Origin: an uncultured Gammaproteobacteria bacterium
GTDB taxonomy: Bacteria > Patescibacteriota > Microgenomatia > UBA12405 > JAHJSD01
Direction of reading: 5' to 3'
DNA: 64,000 bases
Assembly (NCBI GenBank): GCA_964428655.1
Contig: CAYRYE010000001.1
Coordinates: 312,406 to 376,405 of the forward strand
The position numbers were made by a program, and so were the translations under genes. Under the pieces are notes generated by a model. That model ran no database searches. It saw only the letters and a list, made by a program, of their open reading frames with translations, and had not been told where the DNA came from. The number at the start of each line of letters is the position of its first letter. Positions within the stretch are counted from its first letter, which is position 1. Positions 1 through 8,769 of the stretch are shown here, one piece after another.

Positions 1-6
1 AAGTTA

Positions 7-957
7 ATGGCCCGGATAATTAAGCGTATTAATTCAGGCTTTGACTGTTTTATCAAGGATAATCCCCAATATCGTTCCAGCCAACGGGCTTTTGCCATTA
101 ACGCCACCCCTTTTTCTTTTATTAGAAATAAAGAAGGTCGGTTTTATGGCGGGGGACAATCGGTAAGAACCTTTCATGTTCATTGTTTTTTAATGCCTGG
201 GAAATTAAAAAAAATTGAGCTTCCGGAAGAAAAAGCCCCGTTAGTTTATCCCACGACTTTTTCTTTGGCATTGTTTAATCTGATTTTCAACTCCGAAAAG
301 ATTCATCAGGCTATTTTTGCCGGCAAAGAGGAGGAATTTAAAAGCACTAAGCGAGGAGTCGTTTTTAGCTGGAAAGGTGGTTTAGAAGATTTAGTTTCAA
401 TTCTAAATGAAATTGACGAGATTTTCTATAAGCTTCAGTTGAGCTTGATTTTTGCCTTTTATCAGGATGGTCAGAGTTTTTTGGATAAATTGGCAGATTT
501 TATGACCGTTGATTATTTAGAAAAAATTAAGGAAAAAAGAGAAAAATTGGTTTTATTAGGCAAGGAAAGGGGATTAGAAGAAGCCAGAATTCTGTTGACT
601 AGAGAACTTTTAAGATTAGGGGAAGGTTATAAAGTTAATTTTTCCAAAAGGAAAATAGAGAAGATTTGTCAACATTTGACTTTAGACCAAAACGGCGATC
701 TTTCTTCTTGGGTTGGAAACAAAATAGTAGTTTTAAGGCCGGGAATGGGTTATGGCTGTTTTGTGGAGATATTTGGTAGTAAACTCAGCATTCATCTGTC
801 GCCTCTTGATTCCCTTTTTCCGGAAGGAACTATGGAATCAACGGGGTTTTTGTTTGTGAAGAAGATCAAAATTGAACAAAAACCGGCTTGGTTAAAGAAA
901 TTTCTTGATTGTTTTCAATCTTCTTGCCCTTCTTGTTCTTTACTCCACCGAGGTTGA
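7..957 (+). CDS. Hypothetical protein with a degenerate HIT-like motif; may be 5'-truncated by the window edge
   Basis: 316-aa ORF; GGQSVRTFHVH resembles the HIT signature AGQxVxHxHxH. Confidence 0.4.
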   Translation: MARIIKRINSGFDCFIKDNPQYRSSQRAFAINATPFSFIRNKEGRFYGGGQSVRTFHVHCFLMPGKLKKIELPEEKAPLVYPTTFSLALFNLIFNSEKIHQAIFAGKEEEFKSTKRGVVFSWKGGLEDLVSILNEIDEIFYKLQLSLIFAFYQDGQSFLDKLADFMTVDYLEKIKEKREKLVLLGKERGLEEARILLTRELLRLGEGYKVNFSKRKIEKICQHLTLDQNGDLSSWVGNKIVVLRPGMGYGCFVEIFGSKLSIHLSPLDSLFPEGTMESTGFLFVKKIKIEQKPAWLKKFLDCFQSSCPSCSLLHRG

Positions 958-1457
958 ATTAAGACTGAACGAAGTCCGAGATTGCTTAGGTAGACTTTGT
1001 CTTCATTGGGAAGTCGGATGTAATCGCTTTCAAAATCCGGCCCAACCATGCCGATTAAAAGATGAAGTAAAAGATTGTCGTCTTGAGAGGCTTTTAGATT
1101 AATAGCCTGGAATTCTCCCAGGCCATACTTTGAATGATTATCTTTATTTTGGGAAACCAAATCTGTTTTTTTCACCTCTTTTAAACCGGAAAGAAGTTTG
1201 TCAATCTTCTCCTGGTCGGCAATTGAGTTTTCTTCAGAGACAACCAGCCAATTATCATTGTCTTTTTTCAAAATCGCTTTTTCCTGGCCAATTGTAATCT
1301 CAATCTTGTTAACCAAATCAATTGTTTCTAACAGCCATGGCTTATTCTCAACACTTTTGGGAGAGAATTTTAAAAATGCCAGCACTCCGGCTAAAATAAC
1401 AAGCGTTGTGAAGCTTAATAAAAAGGGATCGGTTAATTTTTTAGGCAGTTTAACCAT
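915..1457 (-). CDS. DUF4340-type membrane-anchored protein of a Gld-like ABC system
   Basis: N-terminal TM; last gene of the gldA-gldF-gldG-like operon; YGL...IG...YIR pattern. Confidence 0.7.
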   Translation of the reverse strand: MVKLPKKLTDPFLLSFTTLVILAGVLAFLKFSPKSVENKPWLLETIDLVNKIEITIGQEKAILKKDNDNWLVVSEENSIADQEKIDKLLSGLKEVKKTDLVSQNKDNHSKYGLGEFQAINLKASQDDNLLLHLLIGMVGPDFESDYIRLPNEDKVYLSNLGLRSVLIQPRWSKEQEGQED

Positions 1458-2997
1458 GTTTTTTTCTTTTCCATCTGACCAGGGTTGCTAACGCTAAGAG
1501 AATTACTGGACCGCCGGCTAAACCAATGATTTTGAATGTCTGCTTTTCTTTTTCAGTAATCTGCTTCAATGGTCGGGAAAAAACAGTTTTACTCCTAATA
1601 CTGATTAATTGGATGTCGGCTGAAAGATAATCAACTAGATTAAGAAGGAAGTGGGCATTTTCCGGGGAAGAGGTAACAGTTTGGTCTTCAATAAAGTTAG
1701 CGTCGCCAACAACGGCCAGTTTAACGGCATCTGTTTTGTTTTTGAATTCAGTAATGTCTAGTTTTTCAAGATTTTTGGGCTTCTCTTTAGCAAACAAACT
1801 GTCAAATTGATTGGTTTGGATAGCAGCTAAAATAAACTGGTCATTATTTTCGCCAGCGAAACTCCATTTTTTAGTTGGGCTTAGATTGTTGAATCCAGAG
1901 GTAATTACTGCCTTTGGTGTTGACTGCCAAAGCGCTTTTGCCTCCTTGTCAAGTTTTAAGGAAGATACCCAGGGGAAGACAACAGATTCTAAACTGGCAG
2001 TTGGAGGCAGGTTGTGGCTGGCATTTTCACTCCTGGTTTTGACCCAGAAAGGATAGGGAGTCATAAAAGCCCCTTGCTCAGTTCTGAAAGTGGCAAACGC
2101 CGCCGAGGAATCAACGACTAAGTTTTTATTAACATTGATTCCAAAGTGGTCCAGCAAATCATCAAGATTGTTATTAATTTCAGTAGACATTAGTCCTTCA
2201 CCCACAAAAACCTTATCCAGAAGGAGAATAACTCCTTTTTGATTCATTAAAAGCTGATCAATAATCAGCTTAGCCTCCTGAGAGAATTCCTCTTTGGGGC
2301 CGGCTACGATAAGTGTTTCTATTGTTTCATCGAGTTTTACTGATTCTTGGGATAAATCTAAAGTTGAAACCTGGTAATTTAATTGGAGCAGTTTGTTAAT
2401 TTGCCTGAGTTGAAGTTGATCAATTTCTCCCAGACCGGCAGAAAAAGCAATTTTAGGAAGCGCTTCCTTTTGCATCTTTTTAATGGTGGCTGTCAGGTGA
2501 TACTCTAGATTGTTGATTTCTTGAAGAGCGGGAATAGTTTGTTTTTCTCCGGCATAAAATATTACTAGGCCAAAATAACCTTGAATTACCTCAAATTTAT
2601 CTTCTTTTACTGATGAGAATTGAAGAGGAGTAATGCCCAGCGAGATAGCCTCTTCTTGCAAAGCCTCATCTTTTTGAGGGTCAAGCCAAATTAATTTTAC
2701 TTTTCCCTTACTTGATTTTTGATATTGGCTGAGAGTATTTTTAAGTATTTTTTTAAGTGGGGTTAATTCAAGAGGAAGATTGCCGGAAACAAAAGCTTTA
2801 ATAGTAACAATATCATCTAGATCAACCAGTATTTTTTTAGTGGTGGCTGTTAAAGAGTGAGTCTTATTGCTGGTGAGATCAATACTGATAGGTATTAGGT
2901 GGACAATGATATTGATAATAATAGCAATTAAAATTAAGTTGATGCCGGTAGCCCAGAGTTTGGTATGGCGCAGTTTTTTCAACTTTTTAGTAATCAC
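1450..2997 (-). CDS. GldG-family ABC transporter auxiliary component
   Basis: IDLTSNKTHSLTATT, NLEYHLT, VVGDANF, FLLNLVDYLS..LISIRSK motifs; N- and C-terminal TM. Confidence 0.85.
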   Translation of the reverse strand: MITKKLKKLRHTKLWATGINLILIAIIINIIVHLIPISIDLTSNKTHSLTATTKKILVDLDDIVTIKAFVSGNLPLELTPLKKILKNTLSQYQKSSKGKVKLIWLDPQKDEALQEEAISLGITPLQFSSVKEDKFEVIQGYFGLVIFYAGEKQTIPALQEINNLEYHLTATIKKMQKEALPKIAFSAGLGEIDQLQLRQINKLLQLNYQVSTLDLSQESVKLDETIETLIVAGPKEEFSQEAKLIIDQLLMNQKGVILLLDKVFVGEGLMSTEINNNLDDLLDHFGINVNKNLVVDSSAAFATFRTEQGAFMTPYPFWVKTRSENASHNLPPTASLESVVFPWVSSLKLDKEAKALWQSTPKAVITSGFNNLSPTKKWSFAGENNDQFILAAIQTNQFDSLFAKEKPKNLEKLDITEFKNKTDAVKLAVVGDANFIEDQTVTSSPENAHFLLNLVDYLSADIQLISIRSKTVFSRPLKQITEKEKQTFKIIGLAGGPVILLALATLVRWKRKKHG

Positions 2998-3727
2998 GGC
3001 TTTTTAATGAAGCAATAGTTAACCAAATGAAAATAAAAATCCAGGAGAGATAAAAAATTAGACTGGTGAGAGCGATATTGCCGCCGATTAAGAAAATAAA
3101 GTGGAAATTCAAGCTTAGGTTTGAGAAAATATTGATCAAACTATCGGGCAGGCGGCTGAGAAGATTTTCTTGGCCAAGGAGAAAATTAATTAAAAGAAAA
3201 GTAGTACTGGCAAGAAAGGCAACAACCGGATTATTGCTTAAACTTGAAAAAAACATGCCCGCGGCAATATAGCCTCCTGCTAAAAGCATAGTGCCCAGAT
3301 AACTGCCGGCTATAATTCCCCAATCAGGTTTTCCCAGAATACTGATGATAATGACTAAGGGCAATGTTAACAAAATAGTAAATACAGTGAAAATAAAGGC
3401 TGAAAGAAACTTGGCTAAAACAACACTTTTTTCATTAACCGGCAGGGTAAGTAAAATCTCCCAAGTTTTTGATTTTTTTTCTTCAGCAAATAAATTCATT
3501 GTAATCGCCGGCAGGAAAAAGAGGAATAAAAAGGGGAGAAGGTTAAATAAAGGCTCCAGAGAAGCCTGGTTAATTAAGAAAAAGTCTTGCAAAAATAACC
3601 AAGTGGCAATTAAAGAGAAAAGTCCGGAAAAGATAAAGCCCAAAGGAGAAATTAAATAATTATAATAAACCTCTTTGGTTAACAGAGCCAGAAAGTTATT
3701 TGGCAGAGAATGAGTTTTTTTGGTCAT
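2987..3727 (-). CDS. GldF-like ABC-2 permease
   Basis: PAITMNLFAEEKKSKTWEILLTLP motif, 6 TM. Confidence 0.85.
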   Translation of the reverse strand: MTKKTHSLPNNFLALLTKEVYYNYLISPLGFIFSGLFSLIATWLFLQDFFLINQASLEPLFNLLPFLFLFFLPAITMNLFAEEKKSKTWEILLTLPVNEKSVVLAKFLSAFIFTVFTILLTLPLVIIISILGKPDWGIIAGSYLGTMLLAGGYIAAGMFFSSLSNNPVVAFLASTTFLLINFLLGQENLLSRLPDSLINIFSNLSLNFHFIFLIGGNIALTSLIFYLSWIFIFIWLTIASLKSRDY

Positions 3728-4419
3728 GATCTAGTTGATTCCAGAAACAGTTTTTCCAGTGAATGGCGTTTTCGTTTTAATTTACTGATTTCTTTTTCGG
3801 CAACAAGCTTGCCTTTGTGAATGATGATTATTTTCTGACAAACGGCCTCGGCCTCAGATAAGATATGGGTTGAGAAAATAACTGCTTTGTTTTTAGCAAT
3901 CCTTTTAATTAAAGTTTTGATTTCTGCTTGTTGGTTGGGGTCAAGGCCGCTGGTTGGTTCATCCATGATTACCAATTTAGGATCATGAATTAAGGTTGCC
4001 GCCAGCCCCACTCTTTGGCGGTAACCGCGGGAAAGAGTCTCAATTGTTCTGGTTAAAATATCTTCAATACCACAGTTTTTAGCAACATAATTGATTCTTT
4101 CCCCAAGAGATGACTTTTCAATTTGATGCATTTTGCCGATAAAACTTAAATATTCCAAAGGAGTGAATTGAGAATAGAGGGGATTTTCTTCAGGCAGATA
4201 ACCGATTAAATGGCGCGCTTGGTCAGGCGGCAGTTTATTAATAGTCACTTTTCCTTTATTTGGCTTAAGAAAACCGGTAATTAAACGCATTGTAGTTGTT
4301 TTGCCGGCCCCATTTGGCCCCAAAAAACCCACAATCTCTCCGGCCTTGACTTTGAAACTAATATTATTCACGGCGATTAAATCGCCGAATTCTTTACTAA
4401 GTTTTTTCGCCTGGAGCAT
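3724..4419 (-). CDS. GldA-like ABC ATP-binding protein
   Basis: Walker A GPNGAGKTT, LSRGYRQR signature, DEPTSGLDP. Confidence 0.9.
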   Translation of the reverse strand: MLQAKKLSKEFGDLIAVNNISFKVKAGEIVGFLGPNGAGKTTTMRLITGFLKPNKGKVTINKLPPDQARHLIGYLPEENPLYSQFTPLEYLSFIGKMHQIEKSSLGERINYVAKNCGIEDILTRTIETLSRGYRQRVGLAATLIHDPKLVIMDEPTSGLDPNQQAEIKTLIKRIAKNKAVIFSTHILSEAEAVCQKIIIIHKGKLVAEKEISKLKRKRHSLEKLFLESTRS

Positions 4420-4467
4420 GATAGTAGATATAATAATTTATCGCTCGGTATTTATCAATTAGTATTT

Positions 4468-5325
4468 TTATTCCTCCTGCTGCCAATGGGGGTTAGCGAC
4501 TACCTGTAAATCTAAGAATATCTTTTTATTGGTAATGAGTTCTAATTCTTTTCTGGCAATGGTACCAATCTCTTTAATAGTTTTACCCTTTTTACCAATA
4601 ATAATTGGTTTATAGCGGTCAGAGCTGGTAAATATAGTTGCCTTAATATAAAATCGGTTTTCGTTCTCTTCAATTTCCTCGACTTTAACTCCGATAGTGT
4701 AGGGGACTTCTTGACGAAGGATTAAAAAGGTTTTTTCTCGAATTATTTCAGCAACAAATTCTTTAGGCGTGATGCCCAAAGCAGGAAACGCTTTAAAAGA
4801 TTCAGGATCAAAAATTGGTTCGCCTTCAGGCAGAAGCTCAAAAATTTTCTCTAACAGGCTTTTAAGGTGTTTGCCTTTTAGGGCCGAGATTTCTATCCAA
4901 GCATTGAATTCATCTTCTAAGAATTGATACTCATAAGTGTAGTTGGGTTTGTTGATATCGATTTTATTAAGAGCTAGAATTTTTGGTTTGTTAACTTGTC
5001 TTACTAATCCTAAAATTCGATTTTCCTCATCCCCCCGCGAGCGCGAACGGTCGATTAAATAAATAATCAAATCAGCGTTGGAAAGTTCTTTTTTGGCCAG
5101 ACTGGATATTTTTTTAGCCGCAGTGTTTTTTATTTTGGCAAAGACTCCGGGAGTATCCAAAAATATGATTTGACCCCTTTCATCCCAGTAAACTCCTTGG
5201 ATGATTTTTCGGGTGGTTTGAGGCAGGGGCGAAACAATAGAGATTTTCTTTCCCACTAAAGAATTAATCAGGGTAGATTTTCCTGAGTTTGGCCGGCCAA
5301 CAATGATAATTTTACCAACCTTCAT
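4468..5325 (-). CDS. era: GTPase Era
   Basis: GRPNSGKSTL, PQTTR, DTPG, NKID, KH domain with IIGKKG. Confidence 0.95.
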   Translation of the reverse strand: MKVGKIIIVGRPNSGKSTLINSLVGKKISIVSPLPQTTRKIIQGVYWDERGQIIFLDTPGVFAKIKNTAAKKISSLAKKELSNADLIIYLIDRSRSRGDEENRILGLVRQVNKPKILALNKIDINKPNYTYEYQFLEDEFNAWIEISALKGKHLKSLLEKIFELLPEGEPIFDPESFKAFPALGITPKEFVAEIIREKTFLILRQEVPYTIGVKVEEIEENENRFYIKATIFTSSDRYKPIIIGKKGKTIKEIGTIARKELELITNKKIFLDLQVVANPHWQQEE

Positions 5326-5418
5326 TGTTATTGACTTTAGCAACGATACTTAGGTAAATTATACAAGCAGTTGCTAGGTTTGACAATTAGCAGAAATTTT
5401 GTTAGACTGCTAATATTC

Positions 5419-7806
5419 ATGGCGATACTTTTACCACCTAGAAAAATAACCCATCGAGAAGGAATTTTACCCTTAGTTCCGGTGAGGAATTTGGTCCCTT
5501 TTCCCCATGTTGATTTTCAGCTGATTTTTGGCCGGCCCAGGTCAACCGATGCCCTAATGAGCTCTTTTGAAAGTGATAAGCTGATAATGGTCGTGGCCCA
5601 AAAAGACTTTCGAGTTGATGACCCTAAAGATAAAGATCTTTATAAAATTGGTGTTATTTGCCGGGTTGAGCACGTTGTCCGCATAAACGGCACTGTTCAC
5701 GCCACCTTTAAAGGAATAAGGCGGGCTAAAATAATAGAGTTTATTGGCAAAGATCCCTATATGAGAGTTAAAGTTAAGCCGCTTAAGGAAATTGTTGAGA
5801 AGATAAGGGAAATCAAGGTCTTGGCCGATCATTTAATTCGTGATCTCAAAAAAGCTTTTAATTTGGGAAAGACTTTTGACCCCGGTATTTTAATGAAATT
5901 AAGCAGCGGGATAAGGGTTGGAGAGTTAACTGACCAAGTGGCTTTTTCCTTGGATCTTTCGGTGGGTGAAAAACAGAAGATTTTGGAAATTCTCCCTATG
6001 AAGTCAAGACTGAAAGAAATCGGTGAAAAGCTGGCTCATGAGATTAATGTTTTAAAACTTGACCAGACAATTGAGAAAAAAGCTCGAGATAAATTTGATA
6101 AGCAAATGAAAAGGGCTGTTCTTCAAGAAAAGAAAAAAGAGATTAATAAGGAGCTCAAGAGTATGGGTATTGGTCGGGGAGCAGACAGCGACTTGGAAGA
6201 ATTAGAAAAGAAAATTAAAGCCGCCGGGATGCCCATTGAAGTTAAAAAGAGGGCTAATCGAGAGTTAAAACAGTTAAGTAAAATGTCTTCTTTTGCTCCT
6301 CAGGCCAGTTATATTAGGACATATTTGGATTGGTTGGTGGAAATGCCTTGGAGTAAGAAAAGTCAAGTTAGCGTTAGTCTGAAAAAGTCAAAGAAGATTT
6401 TAGACGATGATCATTACGGATTAAAAGAAGTTAAAGAAAGAATGCTTGAATATTTAGCGGTGATGAAACTCCGTCAGAAAAATGACAAAGGCAAAAATGG
6501 GAAAAAAAAGCAAGCGGACGGAAATATTAATATCCTCTGTTTTATCGGCCCCCCGGGAGTAGGCAAGACTTCAATTGGCAAGTCTATTGCCCGAGCCTTG
6601 GGGAGAAAGTTTGTTAGGATTTCTTTGGGAGGCATCCGTGATGAAGCTGAAATTAGGGGCCACCGCCGAACTTATGTTGGCGCTCTGCCGGGAAGAATTA
6701 TTCAGGGGATTAAAAACGCCGGGACCAAAAATCCAGTTTTTATGCTGGATGAGATTGATAAAGTAGGCGCTGATTTTCGGGGTGATCCCTCCGCGGCTCT
6801 ATTGGAAGCCCTAGATCCGGAGCAAAACAAGGAATTCTCTGATCATTATTTGGAGATGCCTTTTGATTTATCAGAAGTTTTCTTTATTCTTACTGCCAAC
6901 GTGACTGATACAATTCCTTCGCCGTTGCTTGATCGTTTGGAAACAATTCGTTTTTCCGGCTACACTGAGGAAGAGAAACTTTCCATTGCTAAAAAACATC
7001 TTTTGTCAAAACAATTAGCAAGACATGGTCTTTCTTTAAAAGAGTTAGCCTTAGGAGACAAAGTCTTAAAAGAGATTATTAAGGCCTATACTCGGGAAGC
7101 AGGAGTAAGAGAATTGGAAAGAGTAATTGCTAGTGTTTGCCGCAAGGTGGCAAAAAGAATCGCTGAGAAGAAAAAGACTGATCCTAAAATCAATCTTCAA
7201 ATGCTCCGTCGTTTTTTAGGTCCGCGGAAATTTAGTCATCAACTCAAGGGCCAAAAAGATGAAGTGGGTGTTTCTACTGGTTTGGCCTGGACCCAAACCG
7301 GCGGAGATATTCTTTTTGTTGAAACAGCTTTGATGCCCGGCAAAGGCAAATTGGCCTTAACGGGCCAACTGGGTGATGTTATGAAAGAATCTTGTCGGGC
7401 CGCTTTGTCTTATGTTAGGAGTCATTGGAAAGAATTAGGAGTTAAAGATAAGGATTTTTTTAGCAAGTTAGACTTTCATATCCATGTGCCGGAAGGAGCA
7501 GTGCCCAAAGACGGCCCATCGGCAGGGGTAACGATTACCACTTCTTTGGTTTCGGCTTTGACTGGCAAACCGGCCAGGAAGAATGTTGGCATGACCGGAG
7601 AGGTTACTTTAAGGGGCAGGGTATTGCAAATTGGCGGACTCAAAGAGAAAGTTTTAGCGGCCCACAGAGCCGGCATTAAGACAATTATTCTGCCAAAAGA
7701 GAATAGAAAAGATCTTCGTAATGTTCCTAAGAAAGTCAAAGACAGCCTGAAATTTATCTTTATTGAAAAATCAGACCAAGCCTTAAAAGAAGCCTTAAGG
7801 AATTAA
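5419..7806 (+). CDS. lon: ATP-dependent protease Lon
   Basis: LON N-domain, GPPGVGKTS, DEIDK, PKDGPSAG catalytic Ser, GGLKEK. Confidence 0.97.
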   Translation: MAILLPPRKITHREGILPLVPVRNLVPFPHVDFQLIFGRPRSTDALMSSFESDKLIMVVAQKDFRVDDPKDKDLYKIGVICRVEHVVRINGTVHATFKGIRRAKIIEFIGKDPYMRVKVKPLKEIVEKIREIKVLADHLIRDLKKAFNLGKTFDPGILMKLSSGIRVGELTDQVAFSLDLSVGEKQKILEILPMKSRLKEIGEKLAHEINVLKLDQTIEKKARDKFDKQMKRAVLQEKKKEINKELKSMGIGRGADSDLEELEKKIKAAGMPIEVKKRANRELKQLSKMSSFAPQASYIRTYLDWLVEMPWSKKSQVSVSLKKSKKILDDDHYGLKEVKERMLEYLAVMKLRQKNDKGKNGKKKQADGNINILCFIGPPGVGKTSIGKSIARALGRKFVRISLGGIRDEAEIRGHRRTYVGALPGRIIQGIKNAGTKNPVFMLDEIDKVGADFRGDPSAALLEALDPEQNKEFSDHYLEMPFDLSEVFFILTANVTDTIPSPLLDRLETIRFSGYTEEEKLSIAKKHLLSKQLARHGLSLKELALGDKVLKEIIKAYTREAGVRELERVIASVCRKVAKRIAEKKKTDPKINLQMLRRFLGPRKFSHQLKGQKDEVGVSTGLAWTQTGGDILFVETALMPGKGKLALTGQLGDVMKESCRAALSYVRSHWKELGVKDKDFFSKLDFHIHVPEGAVPKDGPSAGVTITTSLVSALTGKPARKNVGMTGEVTLRGRVLQIGGLKEKVLAAHRAGIKTIILPKENRKDLRNVPKKVKDSLKFIFIEKSDQALKEALRN

Positions 7807-8128
7807 TGAATATGTTAAAACTTGGTAATGTTTAGTTGAAGGTCCTTCTATTTTGTTAAAAAGAGACAAAAGGGAAACAAGGAAACTAACGAGATAATTT
7901 TCAGTCTTCGTGCCCACCACAGGTAGACGAGCCCCGGGGAGAAAGCCACCATATTTTCTTCCAGTCCGCATTCAAAGCATTCAAGATAAAATGAACGCCG
8001 CAAGGATCGTTCGTGGCTCAAAAGCCTCTCCTTCTGACATAAAAACAAGATTATCGTTATTCAGAAGATTGAACGATTTAACATAAAATCTCCCAAAGCC
8101 AACGCCTCCAAATATATGTTGTGTCAAT

Positions 8129-8156
8129 TTGACAAATGAAAGGCAGTTGATATAAT
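8129..8156 (+). promoter_or_regulatory. Sigma70 promoter upstream of the greA leader
   Basis: Perfect TTGACA (8129-8134), 16-bp spacer, TATAAT (8151-8156). Confidence 0.7.
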
Positions 8157-8166
8157 CAGTCTTGTT

Positions 8167-8232
8167 ATGCGTATAATTACTGAGAAGAAAAGAGATTGGC
8201 TTTGCATTAAATTTTCCAAGTCCGATTTTTAG
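8167..8232 (+). CDS. Putative 21-aa leader peptide MRIITEKKRDWLCIKFSKSDF
   Basis: ATG 10 nt after the -10 box; stop codon abuts alternative hairpins. Confidence 0.4.
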   Translation: MRIITEKKRDWLCIKFSKSDF

Positions 8233-8262
8233 CGGGGGCATTATCCGTTTGGAGAAAACTAA

Positions 8263-8291
8263 CCCCCGACGCTTCGGGGGCCTTTTCGTTT
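8263..8291 (+). terminator. Intrinsic terminator/attenuator hairpin before greA
   Basis: CCCCCGA-cgct-TCGGGGG followed by ccttttcgttt. Confidence 0.6.
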
Positions 8292-8304
8292 CAGAGACAA
8301 AAGA

Positions 8305-8754
8305 ATGAAAAATATAGTTACTAAAATTGGTTATAGAAAACTGAGAAAAAGACTAGAAGAACTAAAGAGTCGTAGGGCGGAATTGGTCAAAGAAATGGAA
8401 TTGACCAGACAAGAAGGCGATTTAGCTGAAAATTCCGCTTATCATCAATTGCGGGAGACTATTATTTTAGTCGCCAGTCAGATTGATGATATTGGGCAAA
8501 AATTAGTTCATGTTGAGATTGCCGAGAAAAATAACAACGGTGTTGTTGAAGTTGGCAGTGAACTTGTTGTAGAAGTTAATGGTCAAGTTAAAAATCTCCA
8601 AATTGTAGGCAACGGAGAGTCAAATCCTTTGAAAGGTAAAATTTCTTACCAGTCGCCAATAGGCGCTGGCCTGTTGGGCAAGAAAAGAAAAGCTGTTATT
8701 AAAATAAAAACACCGAGGGGAACCATAGAATATCGCATTTTAGAGATTAAATAG
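8305..8754 (+). CDS. greA: Transcription elongation factor GreA
   Basis: EGDLAENSAY, ISYQSPIGAGLLGK. Confidence 0.93.
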   Translation: MKNIVTKIGYRKLRKRLEELKSRRAELVKEMELTRQEGDLAENSAYHQLRETIILVASQIDDIGQKLVHVEIAEKNNNGVVEVGSELVVEVNGQVKNLQIVGNGESNPLKGKISYQSPIGAGLLGKKRKAVIKIKTPRGTIEYRILEIK

Positions 8755-8769
8755 CTATAATGGTTTAGT

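Noticed and set aside
7848-8241. Two short minus-strand ORFs between lon and greA
   Set aside because: No recognisable motifs; one overlaps the greA promoter/leader; probably spurious or decayed
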